NCBI GenBank assembly: GCA_053919585.1
Contig: CM132790.1
Direction: 5' to 3' (one strand)
DNA length: 64,000 bases
From: Euprymna scolopes
Lineage: Eukaryota
Part shown: piece after piece, positions 1 to 12,706 of the stretch
Numbering within the stretch: position 1 is the first letter of the stretch
Layout: every line of letters begins with the position of its first letter
Made by a program: the position numbers and the translations under genes
The notes under the pieces: model-generated
Told to the model about the DNA's origin: nothing
Seen by the model: only the letters and a program-made list of their open reading frames with translations
Databases searched by the model: none

Positions 1-369
1 TGGGAGCAATGAGGGTTTGTTTTGTTTTTTAGTCAGATTTTGGCATTTAAATTGAAAATAATTTAACATCACTCCCTATTATCCCGTCAGATGATATAAA
101 TGCGGAATGAAAAACTTAGAATAAAATGCAAAATAGAAAACTTGAAACAAAAGCAGCAAATCAAAGAAACAATATTTTCTGTTTTATAATCTCTCTCCAA
201 CTGTTTACTTATTCCATCAAAATATCATCTTGCTTGTTTGTCACTGTGCACACTTTTCATCTGTACATTTACATTTTAGATAGTGTGAGGAAAGACCAAT
301 GATAAATATGTCAAATCATAAGAGAAATGGTGAAAGACTGAAATGTTGTAAATAAGTGAGATAGAGGTG

Positions 370-407
<38 letters not shown>

Positions 408-559
408 GTATATTAAATATTTGAGAATTCCAACTATTTATGAAGCTTGTGATCTTTCCTCTTTAATTTAAATGTAGCCAATAAATGCAAGATGTAGTAG
501 TGATAACAATTCTACAAACATCAATAGAAACATTAAATAAGGGAATTAAAGATTTATTC

Positions 560-965
560 AGTTAAGAGAGCTTGGGGAATGTTCAAAGAACTTCTCCCAA
601 TCCTAACATACCGAGTCATCCCACTTATTACCAGGTGCAAGATCTATAATAGCTGCTTAAACAGTGTGATGCTGTATGACAGTGGATGTTGGCCCCTCCT
701 CCAGGCTTCACTTGTCAGACTCCAGAGAAATTGACAGGACAATGATTAGGTGTATGTGCAACTTAAAGTCAGACCAAATCCAGAACATTACGAGGTCAGA
801 CACTCGACTTAAGAAATTAGCCATTTCAAAACTAAATGTCCCAATGAGGAAAAACCGTCTTTGCTGGCATATTAAAAGAAGCAAGGGATATATAAGCGCT
901 TGCAGAGACCTAATACTGGACTGTAAAATGAAAAGTAAATTAAAAAAAAAAAATGTGAAAAAGTG
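560..965 (+). mobile_element. Decayed RTE-clade LINE, 3' end of the reverse transcriptase (RT) ORF
   Basis: Translation DRTMIRCMCNLK..RSDTRLKKLAI..MRKNRLCWHIKRS resembles the RTE C-terminal 'MIRWM...RLRWYGHV.R' region; A-rich tail follows. Confidence 0.65.
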
Positions 966-976
966 AATGTAAATTC

Positions 977-1014
<38 letters not shown>

Positions 1015-1483
1015 ACAAAATAAAAATGCATCTTAAAAAGCAAAATTACTTCATCATTTGTTTTTGTGTGTATAAAAATCGTCTGATTTCATAAAATAAA
1101 GTTACATAACCATATAAAAAGTTTATTAAATAGTATTTATTGAATTAAGATTTGCAAAATAATTTTTATCCAATTTTAAACTGAAACATTCTCTGTTTCG
1201 TTTATCTCCCATTTCTGCACTCTTAATGTTTAGGTGTTGGTTTGTGCATAATAAAAAGTAGATATTCACTCTGAACAGCGTCTCAATCAATCAGCATCAA
1301 ACTTTATCAATTTATTTGCAGAGACTTTTCTGTTGGAGTAAATTGAAAATATATTTGCCGTAGGAATCATTTAACGAAAAATAACTTTCTAAATTCTTAA
1401 TCTAATAAACTTAGTACGTTTATTAATTTTTGTTTAATGGCAATTAAATGGTGTACAATTTGATATCAATGAGATTTGAAAAG

Positions 1484-1486
<3 letters not shown>

Positions 1487-1556
<70 letters not shown>
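1487..1556. repeat. (CA)n(TA)n compound microsatellite
   Basis: Read directly from the sequence. Confidence 0.98.
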
Positions 1557-1639
1557 CTTGTTATTTGTTTTATATAAGCATTTATGTCGCTACACATTCA
1601 TGGGCACGTTTCAGTCAGATGAGTCACCTGTCCAGTTTC

Positions 1640-2280
1640 TTATACCATTCGATGATAAGGGTTAATGAGTGTACGGTAGTTACTGCAACAGCAGCAAATT
1701 AAAGTTAGTGCTGGAAATGAGGCAAAAAATTGGATTATTTAGAGGGGCAGCTCAACAAGAACTTGTTTACATTGGACTTGAAGACCATATTGTAGTAAAC
1801 TGGAAAACAGACCAGCAGAACAGTGTTCCACATGTGATCAATTCTAGGAAAGAAGCTTTAGATTTAGACACATGTAGAGAATGGGGGTAAACTATTGATA
1901 GTGGTTGTAGGTAGACGGTGTTTTTTTTTTTTTAAAGTTTAGTAAGGAGGGGCCATAGATTGAAGCTGAGACGAGCACTTGCACTGAAACTAACGGTAGA
2001 GCAGAGACAGGCTTGCAACATCTCTTTTGTGGGAAAGAGGTTGCAGCTAAGCGAAAAGGGCATTGCCTAATAAATTTCAAAGTGGTTTTGAACTTTGTCA
2101 AGGCAGGATAGGTGTTCTGAGCATCTCCTGCCCAGATATGGCAATAGTACTCCATTTTAGGACTAGCTCTTATACAGGTAGAGGATTGTGTTGGGTGTTA
2201 GATACCTTCGGGTTGATTAGAACAATTAAAACAATTGTTGCATATTCTCTCCCGATGACCCGATAATATCTGTAAGATTA
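1640..2280 (-). mobile_element. CR1-group LINE 3' fragment (family A)
   Basis: Minus-strand MEYYCHIWAG motif; homologous to 21.7-22.3 kb. Confidence 0.8.
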
Positions 2281-2623
2281 AATACCTCACCCCCAAAAAG
2301 CATGACTATATAAAATACTAGTGAATAAACTAAGAAATGTAGTAAAATATACCCCCCCCCAAAAAAAACGATAGACACGATTCTATACAAGAAAAAAACT
2401 AAGATGAGGAAGGAACTAGAAAGGTGCTTTCTCTCTTGACAACCAACATTAACTTTATCTGAAATGGATTACTTCACAAGTGAAAACAGCTGATAAACAT
2501 CATTATATATAAGCCTATAAGGTAAACTGTTTCTTTCAAAACACATCTTTTGTTGTTCGCTTGCTTCATGGCGAGTTTCTGCTTCTGTTCTGGTAGTAAT
2601 TTTTATCCTCCAAGATCTAAGGT

Positions 2624-2778
2624 CCTGGATATGACCTTAAACTATATCCGATGGTGAGGCTCCAGCTTGCGGGCTTTGGGGAGTGTGGTGCCACCCTTTA
2701 ATTGCCATTGCTCCCAAGTCCACTCTGACCCGGAGTGGTAGTATTTGTTAGGGTTCCAACTACGGGTTAAATAGAAAA

Positions 2779-2823
<45 letters not shown>

Positions 2824-2914
2824 TCTATTAAAAACGTTTTCTTCCGAATCACCAGATTCGGCATTAAATAACCTGAAAAGAGTTGATATGCCATAAAACA
2901 AATTAACCAACCAA
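2624..2914 (+). mobile_element. SINE-like retroposon with (CCAA)n tail and 14-bp TSD
   Basis: ccaagatctaaggt at 2610-2623 and 2915-2928; near-identical second copy at 18123-18398. Confidence 0.85.
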
Positions 2915-3590
2915 CCAAGATCTAAGGTACATTTTAGTATGTATTTTATATTATTAAAACAGTAAGAAAGAACATGTTGGTAAACTCATATTTAGTATGA
3001 TGGATATTTGCTTATATATATGTCAATGTGTGTGTATGTATGTTTACTAAACAAGAAAGGTTAAAGAATTCACATAAAACCTAAGTGCATGCAAATGTAA
3101 AATTTTTTATCAAGGCAATAGAAGTGGTCTCAAACATCTAGATATCCTTCTGTGTGCCGAATTTCTATGCGCTTTCCTAGGCGACATCTGAGCAGAACTC
3201 TCCACCTTATATCTTCATATAAATATATTCAGTTTTAATTTAGTGTCAATAGTACAACTAATTCAGTTTCCTTTTAATTTAAGTTTCTTTGTCAGATTGC
3301 GAAATGTGAGGCAGTAAAAAGACGTAATATGGTGTTATGTAGATACATGCATAAATGGCGGAAAACTGAGAGAGGGACGTAGTTTTGAAAGCTAGTTTAT
3401 CATTATTCTTTTGTAGGTTTGCGATTACTTTTTGATTGTATTGGAAAGATTAAAGCCTAAAGTTAATTTCCAAAACGAAAAAAATATTTTTACATGTAGA
3501 AAAAAAACAACAAAAAAAAAAGATGAAAAGTGTTTTCACTGTGACATTCGGAAACTGATAAGTTCAGCTAAATTTTGAAGTTAAATAAAT

Positions 3591-3730
3591 TTTTTTTTTT
3601 TTTTTTTTACATGGAGGTCACCACTTATCAAGGCCCGGAAACCACTCGGCGATAAGGGTTATTGCGTGTACACTAATCAATGGGATAGTGTTGTAGTACT
3701 CGTTAGTATTGGAGATTTGATAAAGTTCAT
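3591..3730 (-). mobile_element. CR1-group LINE family A extreme 3' tail with poly(A)
   Basis: poly-T followed by acatggaggtcaccacttatcaagg, matching 54722 onward. Confidence 0.8.
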
Positions 3731-4462
3731 TGTCTCAAAATTCATTCATTGTATTCATTGTAAAAATCCCTTGAAAGATAAATATTAGTTTTTTGGGATT
3801 ATTTCCAAGATAATTAGTAAAGTAGTCTGAAGATATTGAATTAAATAATAACATTTTTTAAAAAAACCCACCTTGTTTGTACAAAAATAGCTTAATTAGC
3901 CCCCGCTCCCAAGACGAGATTCTGGTTCCACACAATCAAAAATGAAAATTCGTCTAGCATGAGTTCTACGGAAGCCCAAGATGTCAAAGTCAAAAGGCTA
4001 TCTGGAAATGATGTCGAGTGGTTATAAGGAGGTGCAGAACACTGTTATGAGCATAGACAAATTATAGTGTTTTGCATTAAGTACTGAATAACGTTGGGTC
4101 TTTCTGCTAATATATAAAATAACGACCAAACACAATGGCGAGATGATGATATATTTATTGATCCATTACAGTGCTATTTTTCATCTCCATTGAACTCGGT
4201 CTAGTATTACAGCTAGAGTATCCATTCCAACGAAAATGTGTTTATTTTTTGAACAACTACAAAAAAAAAATCATTTTTATAGCATAATAGAATTTTCTTT
4301 TATAAAAACTATTTACATTCATACTTGTCAAAATTAGCTTCATTGCAATAGCCTTTATATTACTACCTTACCTGAAGTGATAATAAATGATTCTTAGTTT
4401 TTATACAGTACTTAATCGCCTTTTCCTTATTTTATATACTGGATTACCTTTAGTGTTACATA

Positions 4463-4520
<58 letters not shown>

Positions 4521-5039
4521 TATACTACCCTTCCGCTTTACCCTTATGTTGTATCTATTTTTAATTACTTTTTACCATATTATTCTATTCTTTCATTCTC
4601 ATTTCATATCTAAATGTCATTAAGCCTGTTTTCTTATATTTGCATTTTGTATAATTCTGGCTCTTCTCTTTTGATGAGTAGCATTTAGCTTCGAAATGCC
4701 GCGGCCTAAAGATGTCTTTTTAATTCTTAATTTTCCTCATTATATTTAACTTTTATTCCTCATCTTTCATATATATAATACAGACAATTCCTGTCTACAT
4801 ATTTTGGTTTGGATTATTTCCAAACTTTTGAATTCTCTTGGTTCAGCTGATGTAACTGCCATAACTATTGTTGACTCTGATAACTATGGCAACTAAATCA
4901 GACAGTTCTTTCCTAAAGCAAGAAAATTGAGATGGTTGGAAAGGATCCAAACCCAAATATGTAGGCAGGAATTGTCTGTGTTACTAATTGAAATATGTCT
5001 AAAAGAACAAATGCTGATTTTTATATTTATTTATATATA

Positions 5040-5579
5040 CACGAGGGATGTTCCAAAAGTCATGCACCTATTTTTCATACCACTCGAACGGATCACAGGG
5101 AATTGCAAATTGCATTATAATGACTGAATTTATGTATTCATGACCTGAAACTTTAATCTCTCTGTTGCGGATATTGACGGTATGAGACTCTAAGGAAGCA
5201 ACTCCTGTCATGGACATGCATCAGAAGCAGAGATGTGTTATTGAATTTCTCCATGTAGAAAAAAATTACATTGATCAACATTCCTCAGCACCTGTTGAAT
5301 ATTTACAAAGCTGATGCAGTTGATGTCAGCACAGTTAGATGGGTTCGTCGACTTCAGAGTGGCGATAGATGTGAGTAATGAAGCATGCTTCGGGCTTTTA
5401 TTACCGAGGCATCAAAAGAGGCTGGCAAAAGTGTATTCAGAATGATGGTGACTATGCAGAAAAATAAATTCTGAGGCATGAAAGCTTGTTCATTTTAATG
5501 GTATCCTTCTCATTTGCATAGCTCTCTAATGGTTTAGATTTTGAGTAAAAACTAGTAGGTCCTATTCTCGGAATGACCC

Positions 5580-5582
<3 letters not shown>
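5040..5582 (+). mobile_element. Internally deleted mariner transposon
   Basis: TA|cacgaggg...cccgtg degenerate terminal inverted repeats (TIRs); N-terminal HTH remnant (QKQRCVIEFL..IYKADAVDVSTVRWVRR) joined to C-terminal FYYRGIK..WQKCIQNDGDYAEK*. Confidence 0.85.
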
Positions 5583-5630
<48 letters not shown>

Positions 5631-5631
<1 letters not shown>

Positions 5632-5800
5632 TAGCATGAGCGCCCGGCGTTGCCCGGGTGTTTGGATGTGTATGTTGAGCAAAAAAAAAAAAAGAAAGAA
5701 AAGTGGTACTAGGAAGGCAGGCTCGAACCCGTACCACAAAGAAGGAAAAGAATGGGGTAAAACCTAACATTTATGCTGTTACGACCACCGCCAAACCGGA
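5631..5800 (-). mobile_element. Non-autonomous Helitron-like 3' end
   Basis: Minus strand reads cccgggcaacgccggg hairpin then CTAG|T; homologous to 28500-28660. Confidence 0.7.
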
Positions 5801-5865
5801 AGCCACATTTTTTTTAAATCAAGGCTAGACAATCTAAATTTATTTCAAGCTTTTTCTATCTGTTA

Positions 5866-6600
5866 CAGGGTGGAACGATAAAATTGTCGCCCTAGAAAAA
5901 ACATGATTCCATTTCCATTCGATAAAAATTGGTTTTCTTTATTTTGTTGCAGACCATCTACTAATTAGCCAGTTGTGTACAAATCCCAAGAGCAATAGGA
6001 GCCTTCTATCATGTCTGAAAGTGATACAATGTTCAACAAACGAGATTGGAGATGCACCACTGTACAACTCATGCTCTCTACCAATCCAAATTATGACAAC
6101 AGGACCATTGCCAGCACCCTCAAAATACATCGTTGAATTGCCAGGAATAACAGGGACGTGCCAAGGGTGATGAAAACAAAGTTTTTGGTCACTGTTATGG
6201 TTTTTGGTGTGGTTTCGAGTGAGAGCCACATCATGCCATCTCACATCTTCAAAGTCGGCTTGAAATCAACACCAAAGTGTACCAGGATGTGCTGGAGAGT
6301 GGTGACCTCCTGGTGCAATTAAGTGGCCGCTGGTAGACTCAGAGTGCAGCAGTAGGTCTCGGCGCCGATCCACAAGTCTAAAGAGACTCCAGTTTGGCTT
6401 CAGAAAGAGTGTGACAACTTTGAACCTTTCTCTCACTGCCACCCCCCGTCCCTCCTTCTCCAACCTAAACCTGCTGAACTACTTTGTATGGTCATAAGTA
6501 GAGAACAACAACATGACCTTCTATAACACCAAAACCGCCTGATCGCCTCCATCCACCAAATATTCACTGAGTATTCGCTGAGCTCCTGCCGGCAGCTAAA
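5866..6600 (+). mobile_element. Decayed DD37D (maT-type) Tc1/mariner transposase fragment
   Basis: TA|cagggtg start; IARNNRDVPRVMKTKF.VTVMVFGVVSSE.HIMP and Q*.SAPIHKSKET..WLQKEC...SNLNLLNY; about 37 residues between the last two (mutated) Asp positions. Confidence 0.8.
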
Positions 6601-6605
6601 GGTAC

Positions 6606-6670
6606 AATAAAGCTGTAGTGTTGTTTCCTGACAAAAGTGAAATAAAGCTGTAGTGTTGTTTCCTGACAAA
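6606..6670. repeat. 34-bp tandem duplication
   Basis: aataaagctgtagtgttgtttcctgacaaaa occurs twice in tandem. Confidence 0.95.
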
Positions 6671-8568
6671 AGGAGGGTGGACCTGTAAATTCACCCTTGT
6701 CTGTTCGTCCGTTCATCTGTCTGCACTTTTCTTAATAACTACGCCTTGGAATTTGTTTAAATTTTGCAAAACATTAAACATGATATGAGTAAAAAAGTAA
6801 CAGAATAGATGTTCTCAAGAAAACTCCTATTGCCCTCTAGGGGGGGCGGGGCTTTATTAAAATGGCTAAAATTGACATTTTGTGCTTATCAAAAAAAAAA
6901 AATTGATGCCTTGGATTTTTATAAAACTTTCTGAAAAATTGTGAGTAAATGATTTCTATATAATTTTGTTTGTCTATACTTCGCAATAACTCTTGGGTGT
7001 GCCCCAGGGTCTCTTTTAGGGCTAATAAAAACACTCCATTTTGGGGACTATTTTACCATATTTGTCCAAAATTTTCTATGTATGTCTATTTAGCAGTTTT
7101 GCATTGTGCTGAGCTCAAATTTAAATATGTTAAGGCCTTGGGGAATTTTGGGGCTAAATTGGGGGGGGGGGATGATGGACTTAGTCATTTCTTTTTTTGC
7201 ATGGTGCGGAACTCAAATTTAAATATGTTAATGCATACAACTGCACCGTTTATTCATTTTCACCAGTATTTGACATTCTCTGGGGACTTTTGGGGCTAAA
7301 TGGGCGAGGGGGGAAAATGCTGAACTTAATCATTTTTTTTATGCCTCGTTCACTGTGCACTCACGTTGGACCATGCATGCTTCACTTGTTAACGTTGCTT
7401 TTGCCGCATTAGTGTTGGAACCTGCTCCAATTCTGTTCCCTATAGGTTTTGGAAGACATTGATTACTCAATGTTTTCAGAGAGTCAGATGCACGATGAAA
7501 GATTTAGACAGTTGACTTGAACAAGGAACCGAAGAGGAAGCAGAAATTTTTTTATTTTTGCAGAGAAACACTCGACAAAAACGAATGTCCACTTCATGAT
7601 CATAAGATCAAGGGAGTGTAGTGATGACACAAAGGTCACGACTGGCATGCACTTCCTGTAAAATTGAAAAATAGAAAAATGTCGAACCCTGTGTCATCAG
7701 TTTGCAAAAGCAATTGACATGAATAAACCGAATCGGGTCTTGGTAAATAATTAAGGCATTTCTGTCTTCTAGAGTTCAATGTGAGGAATGTGGCTTGATT
7801 TGAGAATTTGTATTTGTGGCCAAACAAAAAGGATTTTGTTTGCTTCTGTTGTTTCAAATATGTGACTCGACTTTTCCTGGCCTTCAAGGTTGACGTAGTT
7901 ATAATAGCATGTTTGCATGCCAGCTTTGGTTGAAATTCATTCATTACGTTTTGTGTCTATCGTAGACACTAAACATTTTTTTTTTTAAATTGCAGAGGGG
8001 TTTCTTCAATTAGTTTAATCATTTATATTTTATGACCTCTATATTTTCACGTATGTGTGTTTTTTTAATTTCTAATTTATTTAAATACTTTTTCACCCAA
8101 ATAAAGCATATTGCCACATGAAACTATTTATTATATGGGATTGTGCCTAATAGGGGACTGTAAGGAGTTGAGCAATGAAATGTCTGTTTACATTACATTT
8201 AATCTTAAACAGGTTAGGACAATTACTGAAGCAGGAGGCAAATTCTACAATCTAATAATCTGAGGGATGAGACAATTAGAGTAAAAGGCTCTGGCATCTA
8301 GGGACCTCAACATGATGACCTTCGCACACACATAAATGTAAACAAATAAGATTGCGTTTTCTTGTTTTTTTTGTTTGTTTTCTTGTTTTTTTTTGTTTGT
8401 TTTCTTGTTTTTTTGTTTGTTTTCTAGATTTTTTACATATTTACACAACTTTCATTAAAATTTGGATTGATATTTTTATTAAAAATAATAAAAACTAGTT
8501 ATATTATTTATCTGCGACAATGGTTGATTTTTATGAAGAGTGCGTTTATATATATATATATATATAAA

Positions 8569-10420
8569 CTAGGCGTTGGGTACCTGGCGTTGCCTGGGTT
8601 GACATGATGTTCTGTTTGAAACATGCTTGCTGTACTAATCATTTTCATCATGGGTAACGTGGATACTCCCACAACAATTTAAAAAATAAAAGAACGGATA
8701 AAAACATGTAAATGTAATCGCTCCCAAAAAGAAGTATCTGATACTCTCTTCACCAGATATTTCGGCAGAAGGAATCGCTGTCCTAAGAAAACTCACGATT
8801 TTGTGAACCTAAAAAAATAAAGTTTATAAATATTAATGTGTGCGTTTATTTTTTATTTTGGTAAATGTGTAGTTTAGCGGTGTAAATTATTTGCCAGACA
8901 AAAAATATAAAAACTATTTATTTTTATATAAAATACATTGTTAGACCCAAAGGCTGAAATAAAACCACAGAAAAATTTGATTTTTATTTTTTTATCGTTT
9001 ATATTTATTATTCGAGGCCGCTATATTGCTTTTAAAATTTGCCCTTTCTAAGGTTTGTCAGATTGGCCTTTTTAAGCTCTTTCATGAACTATGTTTTTGG
9101 ACGCCATATTGTTTTGTAATGAAAGCGTGTAAAAAAGGCCAAATTTGGCCTTAAAAAGGCCAATCTGTCAAACCTAAAAAAGGCCAAAGTTTAAACCTGT
9201 AAGGCATGCACATTTAGTCTAATAAAAAATGATAAAAAAACAAATGAATTTTTTTTTTTTAATTTTATTTCAGCCTTTGGGTCTAATAATGTTTTATATA
9301 AAAAATAGTTTTTATAATTTTTTTGTCTGTCAAATAATTTACGCCGCTAAAGTACACATTTACCTTTATTCTTTGTATGTGCACTTGTTTACTGTTTTTT
9401 TTTTTTTGTAAATAAAGGAATTTTCGATTTGCTTTTTTAGAGGGGGGGGGCTTTTCGATTTGCTTTTTATTTGTCGTTTTATATTTCTAATGTAATCCCC
9501 TCTCCAAAAAAAAAAAAAAAAAAAAATTGAATTTGTCATATTTTGGGGTTTGTTTTGTTCATTAAATTGCTAGGTGAAAGTAGAGAATAGTCTCATAAAA
9601 AAAATTCTTCTCATAATATTTATAACGGTTGTTTAAATGTATTAGGCTAAAAAAAGTAGATCTTCATTTTTTTTAGGGGTTAAACGACGTTGGGTCACGT
9701 ATAAAGTTACCTTTTTTAATTAGAAAGTTATGTTTGTAATCAATGAGATTAACGTGAAAAAAGAAAAAAAAAGAGTAAATTGTGGAATTTAGAGGGGGGC
9801 AATAGATTTTCATTTTTGTTAGGTATTAAACGACGCTGGGTTACATGCTAAAAATTTATTGATTTCTGTATAGCCGTTTAAGGAATAAAATAAAACAAAC
9901 AAATGAAGTCTTTTCAGTTTTTTTTTTTGTAAGTGTTTTTTTTTTGTTTGTTTGTTTGAATATTTAACAAAACAATAAAAGCCAAACATTTTTCCATCTG
10001 CACGGAATTATTTTTCCAGCTAGAAACTTAATGAAATTACCAAATGATTTTATTTGGTGAACGTTTTTTTTTTTTATGCATAGCATCTAGGGGCAAATAA
10101 CTCTAAAAAAAATATTAATTCCAAATAAATTAAATAAAATATATTATCAATATAATTGTTGTTTAAATTTTATTAAATAACAATTTTAAATAGAATACTT
10201 AAAATAATTCTCTCGCTGAAAAAATTAACTAAGATATTAGTAAGATATATTTAGTAAAGTTGATTTTTCTTAATGTCATATGCAAATAAGGTGATCTTTT
10301 AATTGTATATTTCTCCAAGTATACTATATAGAGAAATAAATGAAAGATTAAAGTAAGACACGTTTTTTATATATTAATCAAATTGTGAACAGACAAACAG
10401 GAATACGAATTATATATATA
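8569..10420 (-). mobile_element. Non-autonomous Helitron-like element hosting a MITE
   Basis: CTAG plus degenerate hairpin at 8569-8600; probable 5' end near 10385-10420 (acagacaaacag...tatatatataag). Confidence 0.5.
8860..9364. mobile_element. MITE with ~130-bp TIRs (GGTAA termini, Merlin-like)
   Basis: ggtaaatgtgtagtttagcgg...cgccgctaaagtacacatttacc; 8-bp flanks tttatttt/tttattct; internal inverted repeat 9051-9076/9150-9175. Confidence 0.8.
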
Positions 10421-11158
10421 AGTGAAATTGTCTGTGTGTACATTTCTCTACCAAACTACTCTGTCAATTTTCAGTCTACTGACTCGAGATTTGATATAAG
10501 GGGTATTGAGAGTTGGAAAAATCTTTTTAATCGGTTTTCGACCAGAAATTTGGCTGTCAAGGGGTCAAAGTTCAACGATTTGACCCTGGAAATATCTACC
10601 AAACTTCCCCGTCAATTTTGGGTCTAAACACTTGAAATGTTAGATGTAGGTTACTTGGACATGGATCAAACATTTTAATTTGATTTGAGCCCAAAACAAA
10701 TGTTAAGGGATAAAAAATTTTTAAAATTGTACCTCTGCAGTCTCTACCAAACTACTCAGCCAATTTTTGGTTTGAAATTTTACATGTTCAGACATAGGCC
10801 TTTTTTTCATCGGGTTTTGGCTGAACATTTGGCTACCAAGGGGTCAAAATTAAACAGATTTGACCTCTGTGGTCTCTAGCAAACTATTCAAATAATTTTG
10901 AGTTTAAACATTCGAAATTTTACATAAAGGGTATTCAGATACACAGCAAGCTTTTTAATCAGTTTTTGGGCGAAAATTTCAAAGTTGAAAGAGTTGATCT
11001 TTGCAGACTCTACCAAACTCCTTCACCAATTTTGGGTCTAAACACTTGAAATTTTAGATGTAGGTTATCTGGACATGAGCTAAACTTTTTAATATATATG
11101 TGCACATGAAGTTATGAACAGTACATAGGGCCCGAGCAAAGCCGAGCTGAACTGCTAA
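10410..11158 (+). mobile_element. Non-autonomous Helitron-like element with ~140-bp internal tandem repeats
   Basis: tctaccaaact-type motif recurs near 10446, 10595, 10742, 10874 and 11008; ends cccgagcaaagccgag...CTAA|T. Confidence 0.6.
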
Positions 11159-11489
11159 TATATATATATATATATATGTATATATATGATCAAATTGTGT
11201 GTGTGTGTGTGTGTATATATTCTTTTAGTATTGTGAGGTAGCGGCAAGGGATGGGAAGAAAGGCATACATCTCAAAAATGACTCAGATTTATAAACATCA
11301 ATAACTTCAGCAGTTAAAAATGAAATTGAAAGAACAATAGTTATCACAGACTTAGAATTTTCAAATGAAAAAAAAGAAAAAAAAAACATCCTTCGCGAAA
11401 AGAAAAGAAAGAAAATGTCTTGTTATGAAAATAGATTTGCATTCTCCTTCCATTGAGGGGACTTTGTATCTCCTGAGACACAAGATGTA

Positions 11490-12095
11490 TATTTATAAAT
11501 ATCTCTGAAGAGCAAAATACATCCTAAGATGGAGTACTATTGCCACATCTGAGGAAGAGCTACTGGGAGCACTCGTTCCTGCTTTGACGTGGTACAAAAA
11601 CGGCTTTGAAATCTAGTGGTTAATGTCCTTTTCTCCTCCTTACTACCTCTTTCCCACAGAAAAGACGTTGTGAGTCTATCTCTGCTCTATCATTATTTCC
11701 ATGGCAGGTGCATGATCGAGCTTCAATCTATGGTTCCATCTCCTCCCTATAAAACTTTCACAGCAAATACTGGTTTAGCTACAACCATTGTCAACAATTT
11801 TTTTGTTACTTTCTCTCTGAGCCATAAAACTAAACTAAACTAAAATTCCATGAACAAAGTTTTTTCCCCAGTAGAACACAATTCCATGGAGCTGCTTTTC
11901 CACTGACTATAATATGGTCTTTTTCAAGTCCAATGTAAACAAGTTCTTTTTGAGCCATTTTTAATCAAATCCTATCAATTTTCACTGTTACCGACCATCA
12001 GTGTTGTCTCATTATCCATTCGATACTCCTTTGATAACCCTTATCCTTGAATGGCCTTCAGGCTTTTATAAGTGGTTACTTTCTAGTAAAAATAA
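11490..12095 (+). mobile_element. CR1-group LINE family A 3' fragment
   Basis: MEYYCHI and LLPLSHRKDVVSLSLLYHYFHGRC motifs; family tail. Confidence 0.8.
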
Positions 12096-12706
12096 ATGAA
12101 TACACATTGCCTTTTATCAAGAATCGATAATTTAGCTTCTTTTCCTATTGTATTTGTGGCCTATTTGTTGTTTAAAACTTTTGCCTCTTCTTATTTTGCC
12201 CTGTTCTTTGTTGGTTATTATTGCATTGTATTTCAGTGTTTTATCCCAACATTTCTTCAACATTTGCTCTTGGCCAGATTAGATCACGTTTGATAAATCT
12301 AGACCTATAAATCTACCCCCTCCAATTTTATAAATCAATTTAATCCTATGAAAATATTCCTTATTAATCAGTACGTAGAATTGATTTCTGAAAATCTTTT
12401 AATTTTTTTTTCTTGTAATGGCAAACAGAGGCAATAATTTGAAAAGCATCGAGTACAAGTGAATAGATCAATAAAACCAAAGAAAAATACTAGAATTAAA
12501 TCAAAAAGTTTAATCAATAGAATTGATCTCGGATAACGTTATCGATCAGTTGAATAATTGATGAAAATCTTGACAGCTTTTTTTTTTGTTTGTTTATTTT
12601 TCTTTCTTGATTATTTCCACCTTTTGTTGTTTATTTTTAATTTATAAGAGAAAAAATTGATCCACCTTATATTAAGATGTTGCCGATTGCCAACTGGCAT
12701 CTGTGG

